Source of the DNA: a virus
Virus record (IMG/VR): IMGVR_UViG_3300038682_000017
Length of the DNA: 41,822 nucleotides
Reading direction: 5' to 3' (one strand)
A program made the translations under genes and the position numbers. Position 1 is the stretch's first letter; each line of letters begins with the position of its first letter. The notes beneath the pieces are model-generated. The model saw nothing but the letters and a program-made list of their open reading frames with translations. It was not told where the DNA came from and searched no databases. This document shows, piece after piece, positions 1 through 7,330 of the stretch.

Positions 1-90
1 AGGAGCAGCAGGAGCAGCAGGAGCAGCAGGAGCAGCAGGAGCAGCAGGAGCAGCAGGAGCAGCAGGAGCAGCAGGAGCAGCAGGAGCAGG
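1..90. repeat. 9-nt tandem repeat AGGAGCAGC x9 plus one variant unit. It is coding on the minus strand as (Ala-Ala-Pro)n. The same repeat closes the window at 41765-41822.
   Basis: Direct reading. Units are in phase from nt 1. nt 1-50 are identical to nt 41773-41822. Confidence 0.95.
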
Positions 91-189
91 ACTCACCGCT
101 TCGGCTACTTGTTCAGCGGTCACAGTCTTCTGTGCAACTAAGGCTTCAAGTGCATCAGCGATACGTTTAAGGTTGTTTTCAATCGACAT
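1..189 (-). CDS. N-terminal part of a hypothetical early protein with an (Ala-Ala-Pro)n linker. The ORF runs off the window start and appears to continue at 41596-41822.
   Basis: ATG at 189-187 (minus) lies 9 nt after GGAG. Translation [36 protein letters not shown](AAP)9 reaches nt 1 with no stop. It is not in the ORF track because it is split by the window edge. Confidence 0.6.
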   Translation of the reverse strand, partial: MSIENNLKRIADALEALVAQKTVTAEQVAEAVSPAPAAPAAPAAPAAPAAPAAPAAPAAPAAP

Positions 190-409
190 TGTAAAGTTCT
201 CCAAGTTGAGATTTTTGTTCTTCAGTTGGGACGATGCGTAAACGTCCGTCATTGAAGGCGGTTATCATTTCACGTAACAGTAGCTGGTACGGCTTACCTG
301 TCACACGTTTAGACTTCTTTTGAAAGATGTCGAGTTCAGACTGTGCTATACGCATTCGCAAGTCACCGTCTAAAACTTCTTTATCTTCCACTAATTCTTC
401 AGCAGACAT
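179..409 (-). CDS. Putative ribbon-helix-helix (Arc/CopG-like) transcriptional regulator; first gene of the leftward arm.
   Basis: 76-aa ORF with GAGGA 7 nt upstream of the ATG. The segment [36 protein letters not shown] fits a beta-strand / helix / G-x turn / helix RHH pattern (compare Arc). It sits directly downstream of a promoter carrying the recurrent operator-like motif. Confidence 0.45.
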   Translation of the reverse strand: MSAEELVEDKEVLDGDLRMRIAQSELDIFQKKSKRVTGKPYQLLLREMITAFNDGRLRIVPTEEQKSQLGELYNVD

Positions 410-447
410 GTGAAGTTTCCTCGTAGTTCGTTATGTCACCGTGGATA

Positions 448-477
448 ATCATAGTGGAACAGTATGGAACGTGTCAA
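448..477 (-). promoter_or_regulatory. Leftward sigma70-like promoter: TTGACA, 18-nt spacer, TATGAT.
   Basis: On the minus strand, -35 TTGACA is at 477-472 and -10 TATGAT at 453-448. The spacer contains GTGGAAC..TGGAAC (plus strand 454-470). It lies about 40 nt upstream of the ATG at 409. Confidence 0.6.
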
Positions 478-486
478 CTAAAAAGT

Positions 487-515
487 TTGACAAAGTTACA
501 CAATGACTGTAAATT
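487..515 (+). promoter_or_regulatory. Rightward sigma70-like promoter: TTGACA, 17-nt spacer, TAAATT.
   Basis: -35 TTGACA is at 487-492, the 17-nt spacer is AAGTTACACAATGACTG, and -10 TAAATT is at 510-515. It is back-to-back with the leftward promoter, with 9 bp between the -35 boxes. Confidence 0.6.
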
Positions 516-642
516 GATTTCCAACAACATAAATGCTTAAATGTAAAAGCGGCTTATTCGTGACCGATCATCATGGAGACAGCCTACTCTGACCAGGTTG
601 CCGCAATCACAAAGGTCAGACATTAAATTAAGGTCAGAGCGA

Positions 643-3300
643 ATGACAGGACAATTACCCCTAAAAATCAGTAATAAAGAATTCATTGACGCTGTTTTCG
701 GTGAAGACGCACCGTGGTGTCACGTCACAGACTTCCCATACGATCCAGTTAATATTCCGAAAGACAAGCACTTAATCGCATGGAAAGGTGACTACTATTC
801 TCGTTACCAGTTACAACCTAACACTAACCAGTATTTCACCATCAGTCTCTTCTATGCTGACGATCAAGGTCAAGCACGTCGTCGTAAAGCACTGTTCAGA
901 AAGACACCGTGTATTGTACTCGATGACGTAAAAGAAAAACTGTCAATGGATGAGGTGAACAAGTTACCTCAACCTGCATGGATATTAGAATCATCAATCG
1001 GTTCTGAGCAATGGGGCTACATTCTTGATACACCGTGTGAAGATCGTGGTCGTGTTGAGAACCTGCTTGATGGTTTGGTGGCTAATGGTCTTGCACCTGA
1101 TGGTCGTGACCCTGGTATGAAGGGTGTAACCCGTTACCTGCGTTTACCTGAAGGTATCAATAATAAAGCAAACAAGCTGGTGAATGGTCAACCGTTCCAG
1201 TGTCGCATGTTGCACTGGCAACCGTTCAACCGTGTAACCTTAGAAGAATTAGCTGCACCGTTTGCAGTTGACCTTGATGCAGTGCGACGTGAGCAACGTG
1301 TTGATGGTGCTGCTGATGTCAGTGACCACCCGTTGATCAACATTCCTGAAATAATTCACATTAAGGAGATTCGCAGTGATGGACGATTCGATATTACCTG
1401 TCCGTGGGTACATGAACACACCAGTCAAGATGATTCAGGAAGCGCAGTCTTCACTAATGAAGACGGGACTATCGGTTTTAAATGTCACCACGGAGCATGT
1501 CAAGGTCGTACCGGTGCAGACCTTTTACGACACATCGAAAATCACTCAACAGGGTTCAGCTCGAAACTTAAAAACTGGCAAATTATGCGAGAGCTTGACA
1601 CAGTTGCACCTGAAATCTCTTTCATGTCCAGCGTACCTGCTGCACAACCAGCGACCAATGTTCAAGCAACAACCTCGGTGGGACATGCTGGAACTGCTAC
1701 AGCAAACCAAGGAGCAGATGAACCATGCTTCCTTTCAACACCTGTACCTCAACCAGCCAACACTGGATCAGTTGAAACCGTAACACCAGATGCAATTCAA
1801 CTTCTTTGTGACAACCTGCGTCGTCAGTTACCTGGTACAAGTGAGCAGCGTGAGCTTGCTGCTAAGGTGCTGAAGCACACTGATGACCTACCGAAGATGG
1901 AACAGAAGCACTGGCATGACGTGGTGGTTGACATCATGCGCTGGTCAAAAGCTGACTTCAAAGACATCATCAATGATCTGCGTAAGACATGGTATGGTGA
2001 GAAAGTCAGTGCTGCTGAATTCTATGACAACGTGGTATTTGTTAAAGAGTTAAACCAGTTCTATGACTGGGAGTCACGCATCTTCTTCAGCACTGAAGCA
2101 TTCCAAAACTCATTCAGTCACGAAGATGCTGAAGCACGTAAGATTGCACTGCAAGAAGGTCGTGTGCAAAAAGTTGACCGTCTGGACTACGCACCAAAAC
2201 AACCACGTATATTCATTGAAGATGGTTGTCGTTACGCTAACACGTGGAGTGATGCAACTCAGTCATTCGGTGCACCAGGTGATGCAAGTCGGTGGACTAT
2301 GCACTTCGACGCATTAGGGTGGGGTGAACACCGTGACCACATTGAAAAATGGATGGCATTCACACTGCGTCACCCTGACCGCAAGATAAACCACATGCTG
2401 CTACTCGGTAGCGGTGAAGGTTGTGGTAAAGACTTCCTATTGTACCCACTCATCAAAGCAATGGGTGAGAACCACACGGTGATCAGTGGTGAAGAATTAC
2501 TGGATGGGTTCAATGACTATGTACTGTCAACCAAGTATCTGCACATCAATGAAGCAGAGTTGGGTGACCGTCGTGAAGCACTTGCTGTCAGTAACAAACT
2601 CAAACCACTGGCTGCTGCACCACCAGAGCAGTTGAGCGTGAACCAGAAAGGTATCAAGCGCATTAAAGTACGCAACATTCTCAATGCTACTATGACCACG
2701 AACTCAGTTATGCCTTTACGCTTGAATGGTCCGTCACGTCGTTTCTATGCTATGTGGTCAGACCTGAACCCACGTGACAAGCAGGACAACATGAAACCTG
2801 AGTGGCTTCAATACTGGGAAGACAGATGGACGTGGATGAAAGCTGGTGGATGGAAAGCTGTTGTATACCATCTGATGCACACTGTTGACTTGTCTAACTT
2901 CAATCCTAATGAAGCACCACCTATGACTGAGTTCCTGCGTGAGATTAAAGAGTCATCGAAGTCACCAATGCAGCAGACACTTGAAGCATTCATTGACAAG
3001 AAACATGGTGCATTCCGTTGTGATGTTCTCACGACTAATGACATGGGTGAAACACTTCGAGCTGGTGCAATGACACCTGCTGATATGATGACCGATCCGA
3101 AGTTCTTCACCGATAAGAAGATCGGGATGCTGTTGAAAGAAATCGGTAGTTACCAGCAGGTGCGCTGTAGTAAAGCACGTCTGTGGGTTATCCGTAATGA
3201 AGAGAAGTACGCTGCTATGACTTCCCCTGACCTGTACCGTGAGTATGAGCGTCAGATGAAAGAAGCACGTGGTGAAGTTGGTTTACAAGTAGTTAATTAA
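643..3300 (+). CDS. Bifunctional DNA primase-polymerase (AEP-like) / SF3 (D5 or P4-alpha type) replicative helicase.
   Basis: The ORF extends at most from TTG 598. ATG 643 is preferred, with AAGG 9 nt upstream. It has an N-terminal acidic AEP-like motif PCIVLDDV and a central Cys/His cluster CPWVHEHT...FKCHHGAC. The C-terminal half has Walker A LLLGSGEGCGKDF and a Walker-B-like YLHINEAE. Confidence 0.8.
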   Translation: MTGQLPLKISNKEFIDAVFGEDAPWCHVTDFPYDPVNIPKDKHLIAWKGDYYSRYQLQPNTNQYFTISLFYADDQGQARRRKALFRKTPCIVLDDVKEKLSMDEVNKLPQPAWILESSIGSEQWGYILDTPCEDRGRVENLLDGLVANGLAPDGRDPGMKGVTRYLRLPEGINNKANKLVNGQPFQCRMLHWQPFNRVTLEELAAPFAVDLDAVRREQRVDGAADVSDHPLINIPEIIHIKEIRSDGRFDITCPWVHEHTSQDDSGSAVFTNEDGTIGFKCHHGACQGRTGADLLRHIENHSTGFSSKLKNWQIMRELDTVAPEISFMSSVPAAQPATNVQATTSVGHAGTATANQGADEPCFLSTPVPQPANTGSVETVTPDAIQLLCDNLRRQLPGTSEQRELAAKVLKHTDDLPKMEQKHWHDVVVDIMRWSKADFKDIINDLRKTWYGEKVSAAEFYDNVVFVKELNQFYDWESRIFFSTEAFQNSFSHEDAEARKIALQEGRVQKVDRLDYAPKQPRIFIEDGCRYANTWSDATQSFGAPGDASRWTMHFDALGWGEHRDHIEKWMAFTLRHPDRKINHMLLLGSGEGCGKDFLLYPLIKAMGENHTVISGEELLDGFNDYVLSTKYLHINEAELGDRREALAVSNKLKPLAAAPPEQLSVNQKGIKRIKVRNILNATMTTNSVMPLRLNGPSRRFYAMWSDLNPRDKQDNMKPEWLQYWEDRWTWMKAGGWKAVVYHLMHTVDLSNFNPNEAPPMTEFLREIKESSKSPMQQTLEAFIDKKHGAFRCDVLTTNDMGETLRAGAMTPADMMTDPKFFTDKKIGMLLKEIGSYQQVRCSKARLWVIRNEEKYAAMTSPDLYREYERQMKEARGEVGLQVVN

Positions 3301-3310
3301 GGTGACGACA

Positions 3311-3538
3311 ATGAGCGCATTAGATAAACAAGTGGACGGTGACCACTATAAGACACCGATTCAACCTATCCAGTACATTCACGCAAACGATATAGGTTTC
3401 TGTGAAGGTAACGTCATTAAGTATGTATCTCGGTGGCGTAAGAAGAATGGTCTGGCTGATCTTGAAAAAGCTAAACACTACATTGAGTTGTTGATCCAGC
3501 TTGAAACGGAGAAAGCCAATGAACCAGACAAAGATTGA
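3311..3538 (+). CDS. DUF3310-family small phage protein.
   Basis: The pattern QVDGDHYKTPIQPIQYIHANDIGFCEGNVIKYVSRWRKKNGLADLEKAKHYIELLI matches DUF3310 as I remember it (GG.HY..., GN.IKY..R...K). The ORF-track GTG 3302 lies inside the SD AAGGTGA, so ATG 3311 is preferred. Confidence 0.7.
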   Translation: MSALDKQVDGDHYKTPIQPIQYIHANDIGFCEGNVIKYVSRWRKKNGLADLEKAKHYIELLIQLETEKANEPDKD

Positions 3539-3779
3539 ATCAATGATTGAGGTGTTCTTCAACTATTTATCAGGGTTCTTGCTGGCGTGGGCTGTGTATG
3601 CCTGGGTCATTATCCCTTCTGAAGAGTTGAAGAATTCAGCTTTCACAGCAACATGTATTTTTACAACTGTTAGTGTCCTGCGTACCTACTTCTGGCGTAG
3701 ATTCTTCAACGCTGGTTTACATAGACTGGTGCACAGTGTACTAACTCAATTACTTAAAGGTGACAACAATGGAAAATAA
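3519..3779 (+). CDS. Small membrane protein (two predicted TM helices), function unknown.
   Basis: GGAG lies 7 nt upstream of ATG 3519; the ORF track starts at TTG 3501. Hydrophobic segments are FFNYLSGFLLAWAVYAWVII and FTATCIFTTVSVL. Confidence 0.5.
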   Translation: MNQTKIESMIEVFFNYLSGFLLAWAVYAWVIIPSEELKNSAFTATCIFTTVSVLRTYFWRRFFNAGLHRLVHSVLTQLLKGDNNGK

Positions 3780-4458
3780 AATTAACGTATTAGACCACGG
3801 CTTTGTACGCCTGGTTGACTCGATGGGTAATGACTTATCTATCGTGCGGAATGCTCGTGTGAGCTATGACGCTGAGTGGCGTGCTGGTGAGGACAAAGGT
3901 AGTGACGCACGTCTGATCAACTATCTTTACAACAACGGTCACAACACACCGTTTGAAGCTGTGACATTAACCTTCGATGTGAAAGCACCGATCTTCGTGT
4001 TCCGTCAGTGGCATCGTCACCGTACTCAGTCTTACAATGAACTGTCTGCACGTTACCGTGAGCTACCTGAAGAGTTCTACATTCCTGAACCTTCTCAGAT
4101 CACCACGCAGTCAACTGATAACAAGCAGATGCGTACTGATGAAGTGCATCCACAAGCTGAGAAGTTCCGTCAGAAGATGATGGACGTGAACTATGAAGCG
4201 TTTCGCACCTACAAGAAGATGATTGCTGACGGTTGTCCTCGTGAGCTGGCACGCTCAGTCTTACCGGTATCAACGTATTCACACATGTTTGCTACCATGA
4301 ACCTGCATAACCTGTTCCGATTCCTATCTGAACGCTTACACCCTCATGCTCAGTACGAGATTAAAGTCTACGCTGAAGCAATGTTGAAGCTGATTGAACC
4401 TGTTGCACCAGTCGCTGTTGCTGCATTCAAGAAGCGTTACGAAGAACAAGGGTGGTAA
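3769..4458 (+). CDS. thyX: Flavin-dependent thymidylate synthase ThyX.
   Basis: It carries the ThyX signature RHRTQSYNELSARY (RHRxxSxxxxSxR) and the typical N-terminus VLDHGFVRLVDSMG. GTG 3760 is inside the SD AAGGTGA, so ATG 3769 is preferred. Confidence 0.9.
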   Translation: MENKINVLDHGFVRLVDSMGNDLSIVRNARVSYDAEWRAGEDKGSDARLINYLYNNGHNTPFEAVTLTFDVKAPIFVFRQWHRHRTQSYNELSARYRELPEEFYIPEPSQITTQSTDNKQMRTDEVHPQAEKFRQKMMDVNYEAFRTYKKMIADGCPRELARSVLPVSTYSHMFATMNLHNLFRFLSERLHPHAQYEIKVYAEAMLKLIEPVAPVAVAAFKKRYEEQGW

Positions 4459-4459
4459 C

Positions 4460-4627
4460 ATGCAAACCAGTGACCTTTACCGCTTAATCAATGCTGTTGA
4501 AACAGATAACCCTGAGTTGTATCACGGTGATATACGTGAAGGGTTGCTGGACGCATTGAAGGAACTTGTAGAGTTGAAAGATACTGTGCAGGAAATTAAA
4601 AATTTAATCAAAGACCAAGAGAAATAA
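4460..4627 (+). CDS. Hypothetical small protein (55 aa).
   Basis: ATG 4460 follows GGGTGG and the thyX stop. The longer ORF-track start at 4394 would overlap thyX by 65 nt. No recognisable motif. Confidence 0.45.
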   Translation: MQTSDLYRLINAVETDNPELYHGDIREGLLDALKELVELKDTVQEIKNLIKDQEK

Positions 4628-4631
4628 CCTT

Positions 4632-6518
4632 ATGGATTTATATCAGCAATATATTCACATTTCCCGTTACTCACGCTGGCGTGATGACTTAGGTCGTCGG
4701 GAAACCTGGGAAGAGACAGTGCAGCGTTACATTGATTTCTTCGACACTAAGACCCTCGGTGCTCACCATGGTGTGCTAAACGGTAAGGTGAAAGAGTTCA
4801 TCACCGAACTGAAAGTCATGCCTTCTATGCGTGCACTGATGACAGCAGGTCCAGCGTTGCAGCGTGAGAACCTTGCAGGGTTCAACTGTTCATATCTGGC
4901 AGTCAACACTAAGCGTTCATTCGCTGAAGCACTGTACATTCTCATGTGTGGCACTGGTGTCGGGTTCTCATGTGAACGTCAAGAAGTCACACGTCTTCCT
5001 ACTATACCTGAAAAACTGGAAAAGACTGACAGCACCGTGGTAGTCGGTGACAGTAAGAAAGGTTGGGCTAAAGCCTATCACGCATTACTCAGTCATCTAT
5101 GGAACGGTGATATACCCGACATTGATTACAGTCGTGTACGTCCTGCTGGTCAGCGTCTGAAGGTGTTCGGTGGTCGTGCGTCTGGTCCTGAACCGTTGAG
5201 TCGTCTGTTCAACTTCACCATTGAAACCTTCAACAAAGCTCGTGGTCGTAAGCTCACCAGTATTGAAGTACATGACCTGATGTGCATGATCGGTGAGATT
5301 GTGGTTGTCGGTGGTGTCCGTCGCAGTGCACTCATTAGTCTCAGCAACCTGTCCGATCAGCGTATGCGTGACGCTAAAGCCGGTCAATGGTGGACTGATA
5401 ACCCTCAACGTGGTCTTGCTAACAACTCAGTTGCATACACTGAGAAACCATCTGCTGAAATCTTCATGGAAGAATGGTTGTCACTGGTTAAGTCGAAGTC
5501 AGGTGAACGTGGCATCTTCAACCGTGAAGCAGCAGGTAAGCAAGCAGCTAAATGGGGTCGTCGTCCTGAAGACCTGTCATACGGTTGTAACCCTTGCAGT
5601 GAAATCATCCTGCGTGACAAGCAACTGTGTAACCTGTCTGAAGTGATTATCCGTGAAGATGACACACTTGAAACCCTGCTTGATAAAGTTGAGATTGCAA
5701 CCATCCTGGGTACGCTACAAGCCACACTGACTGACTTCAATTTCGTATCTGAGTCATGGGAACAGAACACTGCTGAAGAAGCATTACTCGGTGTAAGTCT
5801 CACCGGTATCATGGACAATGAACTGATGTCCGGTGCTAAAGGTCAAGCTGAGTTGACAAAGATCCTGCACATGATGCGTGACCATGCTCGTGAGGTGAAT
5901 GCTAAATGGGCTGAAGCACTCGGTGTGAACCCGTCAACCGCTATCACCTGTGTCAAACCTTCAGGTACGGTATCGCAACTATGCAACACTGCTTCAGGTA
6001 TTCATGCACGTCATAACCATCATTACATTCGTACTGTGCGTGTCGATAAGAAAGACCCATTGTACGACTTCATGAAAGAACGTGGTTTCCATACTGAAGA
6101 TGACCAGATGCGACCTGACAGCACTGCTGTGGTTAGCTTTGCTATCAAAGCACCTGAGTCTGCTGTGACTCGCAGTGAAGTGTCTGCAATGGAAGCACTT
6201 GAACTGTGGCTGACGTATCAGCGTGAGTGGTGTGAGCATAAACCATCGGTGACCATTACTGTGCGTGATGAAGAATGGGTTGATGTGGGTGCATGGGTGT
6301 ACAAGCACTTTGATGAAGTGTCTGGTATTAGCTTCCTACCTCACACCGATCACACGTACATGCAAGCACCGTATCAAGACCTGACTGCTGATGAGTTCGA
6401 CGCATGGGTTGAAGCGAACCCTATGCCTAACGTGGACTGGACTGAGTTGAATGAAGTCGATGACAACACTGAAGCAATGCAGACGTTAGCATGTTCTGCT
6501 GGTTCATGTGAGATTTAA
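4632..6518 (+). CDS. nrdJ: Class II (adenosylcobalamin-dependent) ribonucleotide reductase.
   Basis: 628 aa. The N-terminus YIHISRYSRWRDDLGRRETWEETVQRY and the active-site Cys contexts CNPCSEI and LCNLSEV match phage and bacterial class II RNRs as I remember them. Confidence 0.85.
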   Translation: MDLYQQYIHISRYSRWRDDLGRRETWEETVQRYIDFFDTKTLGAHHGVLNGKVKEFITELKVMPSMRALMTAGPALQRENLAGFNCSYLAVNTKRSFAEALYILMCGTGVGFSCERQEVTRLPTIPEKLEKTDSTVVVGDSKKGWAKAYHALLSHLWNGDIPDIDYSRVRPAGQRLKVFGGRASGPEPLSRLFNFTIETFNKARGRKLTSIEVHDLMCMIGEIVVVGGVRRSALISLSNLSDQRMRDAKAGQWWTDNPQRGLANNSVAYTEKPSAEIFMEEWLSLVKSKSGERGIFNREAAGKQAAKWGRRPEDLSYGCNPCSEIILRDKQLCNLSEVIIREDDTLETLLDKVEIATILGTLQATLTDFNFVSESWEQNTAEEALLGVSLTGIMDNELMSGAKGQAELTKILHMMRDHAREVNAKWAEALGVNPSTAITCVKPSGTVSQLCNTASGIHARHNHHYIRTVRVDKKDPLYDFMKERGFHTEDDQMRPDSTAVVSFAIKAPESAVTRSEVSAMEALELWLTYQREWCEHKPSVTITVRDEEWVDVGAWVYKHFDEVSGISFLPHTDHTYMQAPYQDLTADEFDAWVEANPMPNVDWTELNEVDDNTEAMQTLACSAGSCEI

Positions 6519-6519
6519 C

Positions 6520-6547
6520 TTGCAGTGTAACATTGTTCCACTATAAT
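6520..6547 (+). promoter_or_regulatory. Sigma70-like promoter TTGCAG, 16-nt spacer, TATAAT, with the 17-mer GTGTAACATTGTTCCAC filling the spacer.
   Basis: -35 is at 6520-6525 and a perfect -10 TATAAT at 6542-6547. The 17-mer spans 6525-6541. A short hairpin (AGTCAG 6552-6557 / CTGACT 6570-6575) follows in the leader. Confidence 0.6.
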
Positions 6548-6594
6548 ATTGAGTCAGTGGTGAAAGCTGCTGACTTATTTAATTGAGGTGACGT

Positions 6595-6870
6595 ATGTCT
6601 GAAGAAAAGAAAGAAATCACACAGGAACTGGTCAATCAGACGTTCATTGAGATGTCAGAACTGTGGTTGGATAAATTTGAAGAAAGTGGTCATAAGCTGG
6701 TGGCTTCATTCATTGCTGAAAACAAAGATGGATGGGCGGTGCAGTTCTTGGCTGAATATCAAATGGCAAAAGAACACGTTGAAAGTCTAGGACTGGTTAT
6801 GCCAGTGCTGGTTGAAGGCGTGACAATTAAACTTAGTGAAGAAGGTGACGAAGATGAAACACAACATTAA
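6595..6870 (+). CDS. Hypothetical, strongly acidic small protein (91 aa).
   Basis: GAGGTGA lies 4 nt upstream of the ATG. The composition is rich in Glu/Asp and contains no Arg. It is the first gene behind its own promoter. Confidence 0.6.
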   Translation: MSEEKKEITQELVNQTFIEMSELWLDKFEESGHKLVASFIAENKDGWAVQFLAEYQMAKEHVESLGLVMPVLVEGVTIKLSEEGDEDETQH

Positions 6871-7213
6871 TCATAGTGACATGGTGGCGCAACTGGCTAA
6901 ACCTGGTGAAGTGATTGCTGCTGAGATGACAGGTGAAGATGCTCATCTGCTGCACATGTCGGTGGGTATCAGTGGTGAAGCTGGTGAACTGCTCGACGCT
7001 GTGAAGAAAGCAGTGATGTACCGTAAAGACATTGACCGTGAGAATGTCATTGAAGAACTCGGTGATCTGGAATTCTACATGGAAGGGTTGCGTCAGGGAC
7101 TCGGTATCACTCGTGAAGAAACCATTGAAGCGAACATCAGCAAACTGGGTAAACGCTACAAAGGTCACCAGTACAGTGACCAACAGGCACAGGATCGAGC
7201 TGATAAGCAGTAA
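6854..7213 (+). CDS. mazG: MazG-like nucleoside triphosphate pyrophosphohydrolase.
   Basis: It has the motif context GEAGELLDAVKK ... EELGDLEFY typical of the all-alpha MazG/NTP-PPase family. ATG 6854 follows AAGGTGA; the ORF-track GTG 6836 is less likely. Confidence 0.8.
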   Translation: MKHNINHSDMVAQLAKPGEVIAAEMTGEDAHLLHMSVGISGEAGELLDAVKKAVMYRKDIDRENVIEELGDLEFYMEGLRQGLGITREETIEANISKLGKRYKGHQYSDQQAQDRADKQ

Positions 7214-7234
7214 CCGATGAGCAGTGTAACTATG

Positions 7235-7260
7235 AAGCCGGTGTCACAACCGGCTTTTTT
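7235..7260 (+). terminator. Rho-independent terminator.
   Basis: An 8-bp stem AAGCCGGT / ACCGGCTT with loop GTCACA runs into a T6 tract, 20 nt after the mazG stop. Confidence 0.8.
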
Positions 7261-7271
7261 GTGTCTGATGC

Positions 7272-7300
7272 TTGACTGTGGAACAAAGTTACACTAAGAT
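7272..7300 (+). promoter_or_regulatory. Sigma70-like promoter TTGACT, 17-nt spacer, TAAGAT; the spacer is exactly the 17-mer GTGGAACAAAGTTACAC.
   Basis: -35 is at 7272-7277, the spacer at 7278-7294 and -10 at 7295-7300. The spacer is the reverse complement (one mismatch) of the 17-mer in the 6520 promoter. Confidence 0.6.
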
Positions 7301-7330
7301 TTAATCACTACTCATAAAGGTGAATAATCT

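Noticed and set aside
1-90. The tandem repeat at both window ends considered as a CRISPR array or a true direct terminal repeat of the virion DNA.
   Set aside because: The unit is only 9 nt, has no spacers and sits in frame inside an ORF encoding (AAP)n. The end identity is explained by periodicity plus an assembly overlap. Real termini cannot be inferred from it.
179-409. The RHH gene and divergent promoters considered as evidence of lysogeny (an immunity region).
   Set aside because: There is no integrase, excisionase, partition system or CI-like repressor anywhere in the genome. The arrangement is more simply a lytic-cycle temporal regulator.
573-626. A 17-aa upstream ORF (METAYSDQVAAITKVRH) in the primase leader, and a 17-aa ORF at 41513-41563 (-).
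   Set aside because: Neither has an SD, both are very short, and no conservation can be assessed. I kept only the 9-nt direct repeat in the leader as an observation.
598-642. TTG 598 as the start of the primase-helicase gene.
   Set aside because: There is no SD upstream of 598, whereas ATG 643 has AAGG at 9 nt. The extra 15 codons overlap the repeated AAGGTCAGA leader element.
1376-3110. Nested and antisense ORFs inside the primase-helicase gene (1376-1783, 2063-2317, 2517-2699, 2808-3110). Analogous ones lie inside the RNR, portal, giant protein and polymerase genes (for example 5097-5818, 26644-27058, 38056-39514).
   Set aside because: All lie wholly inside long ORFs that carry clear motifs. 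They lack SD sequences and have skewed, low-complexity compositions. I treat them as non-coding frame shadows.
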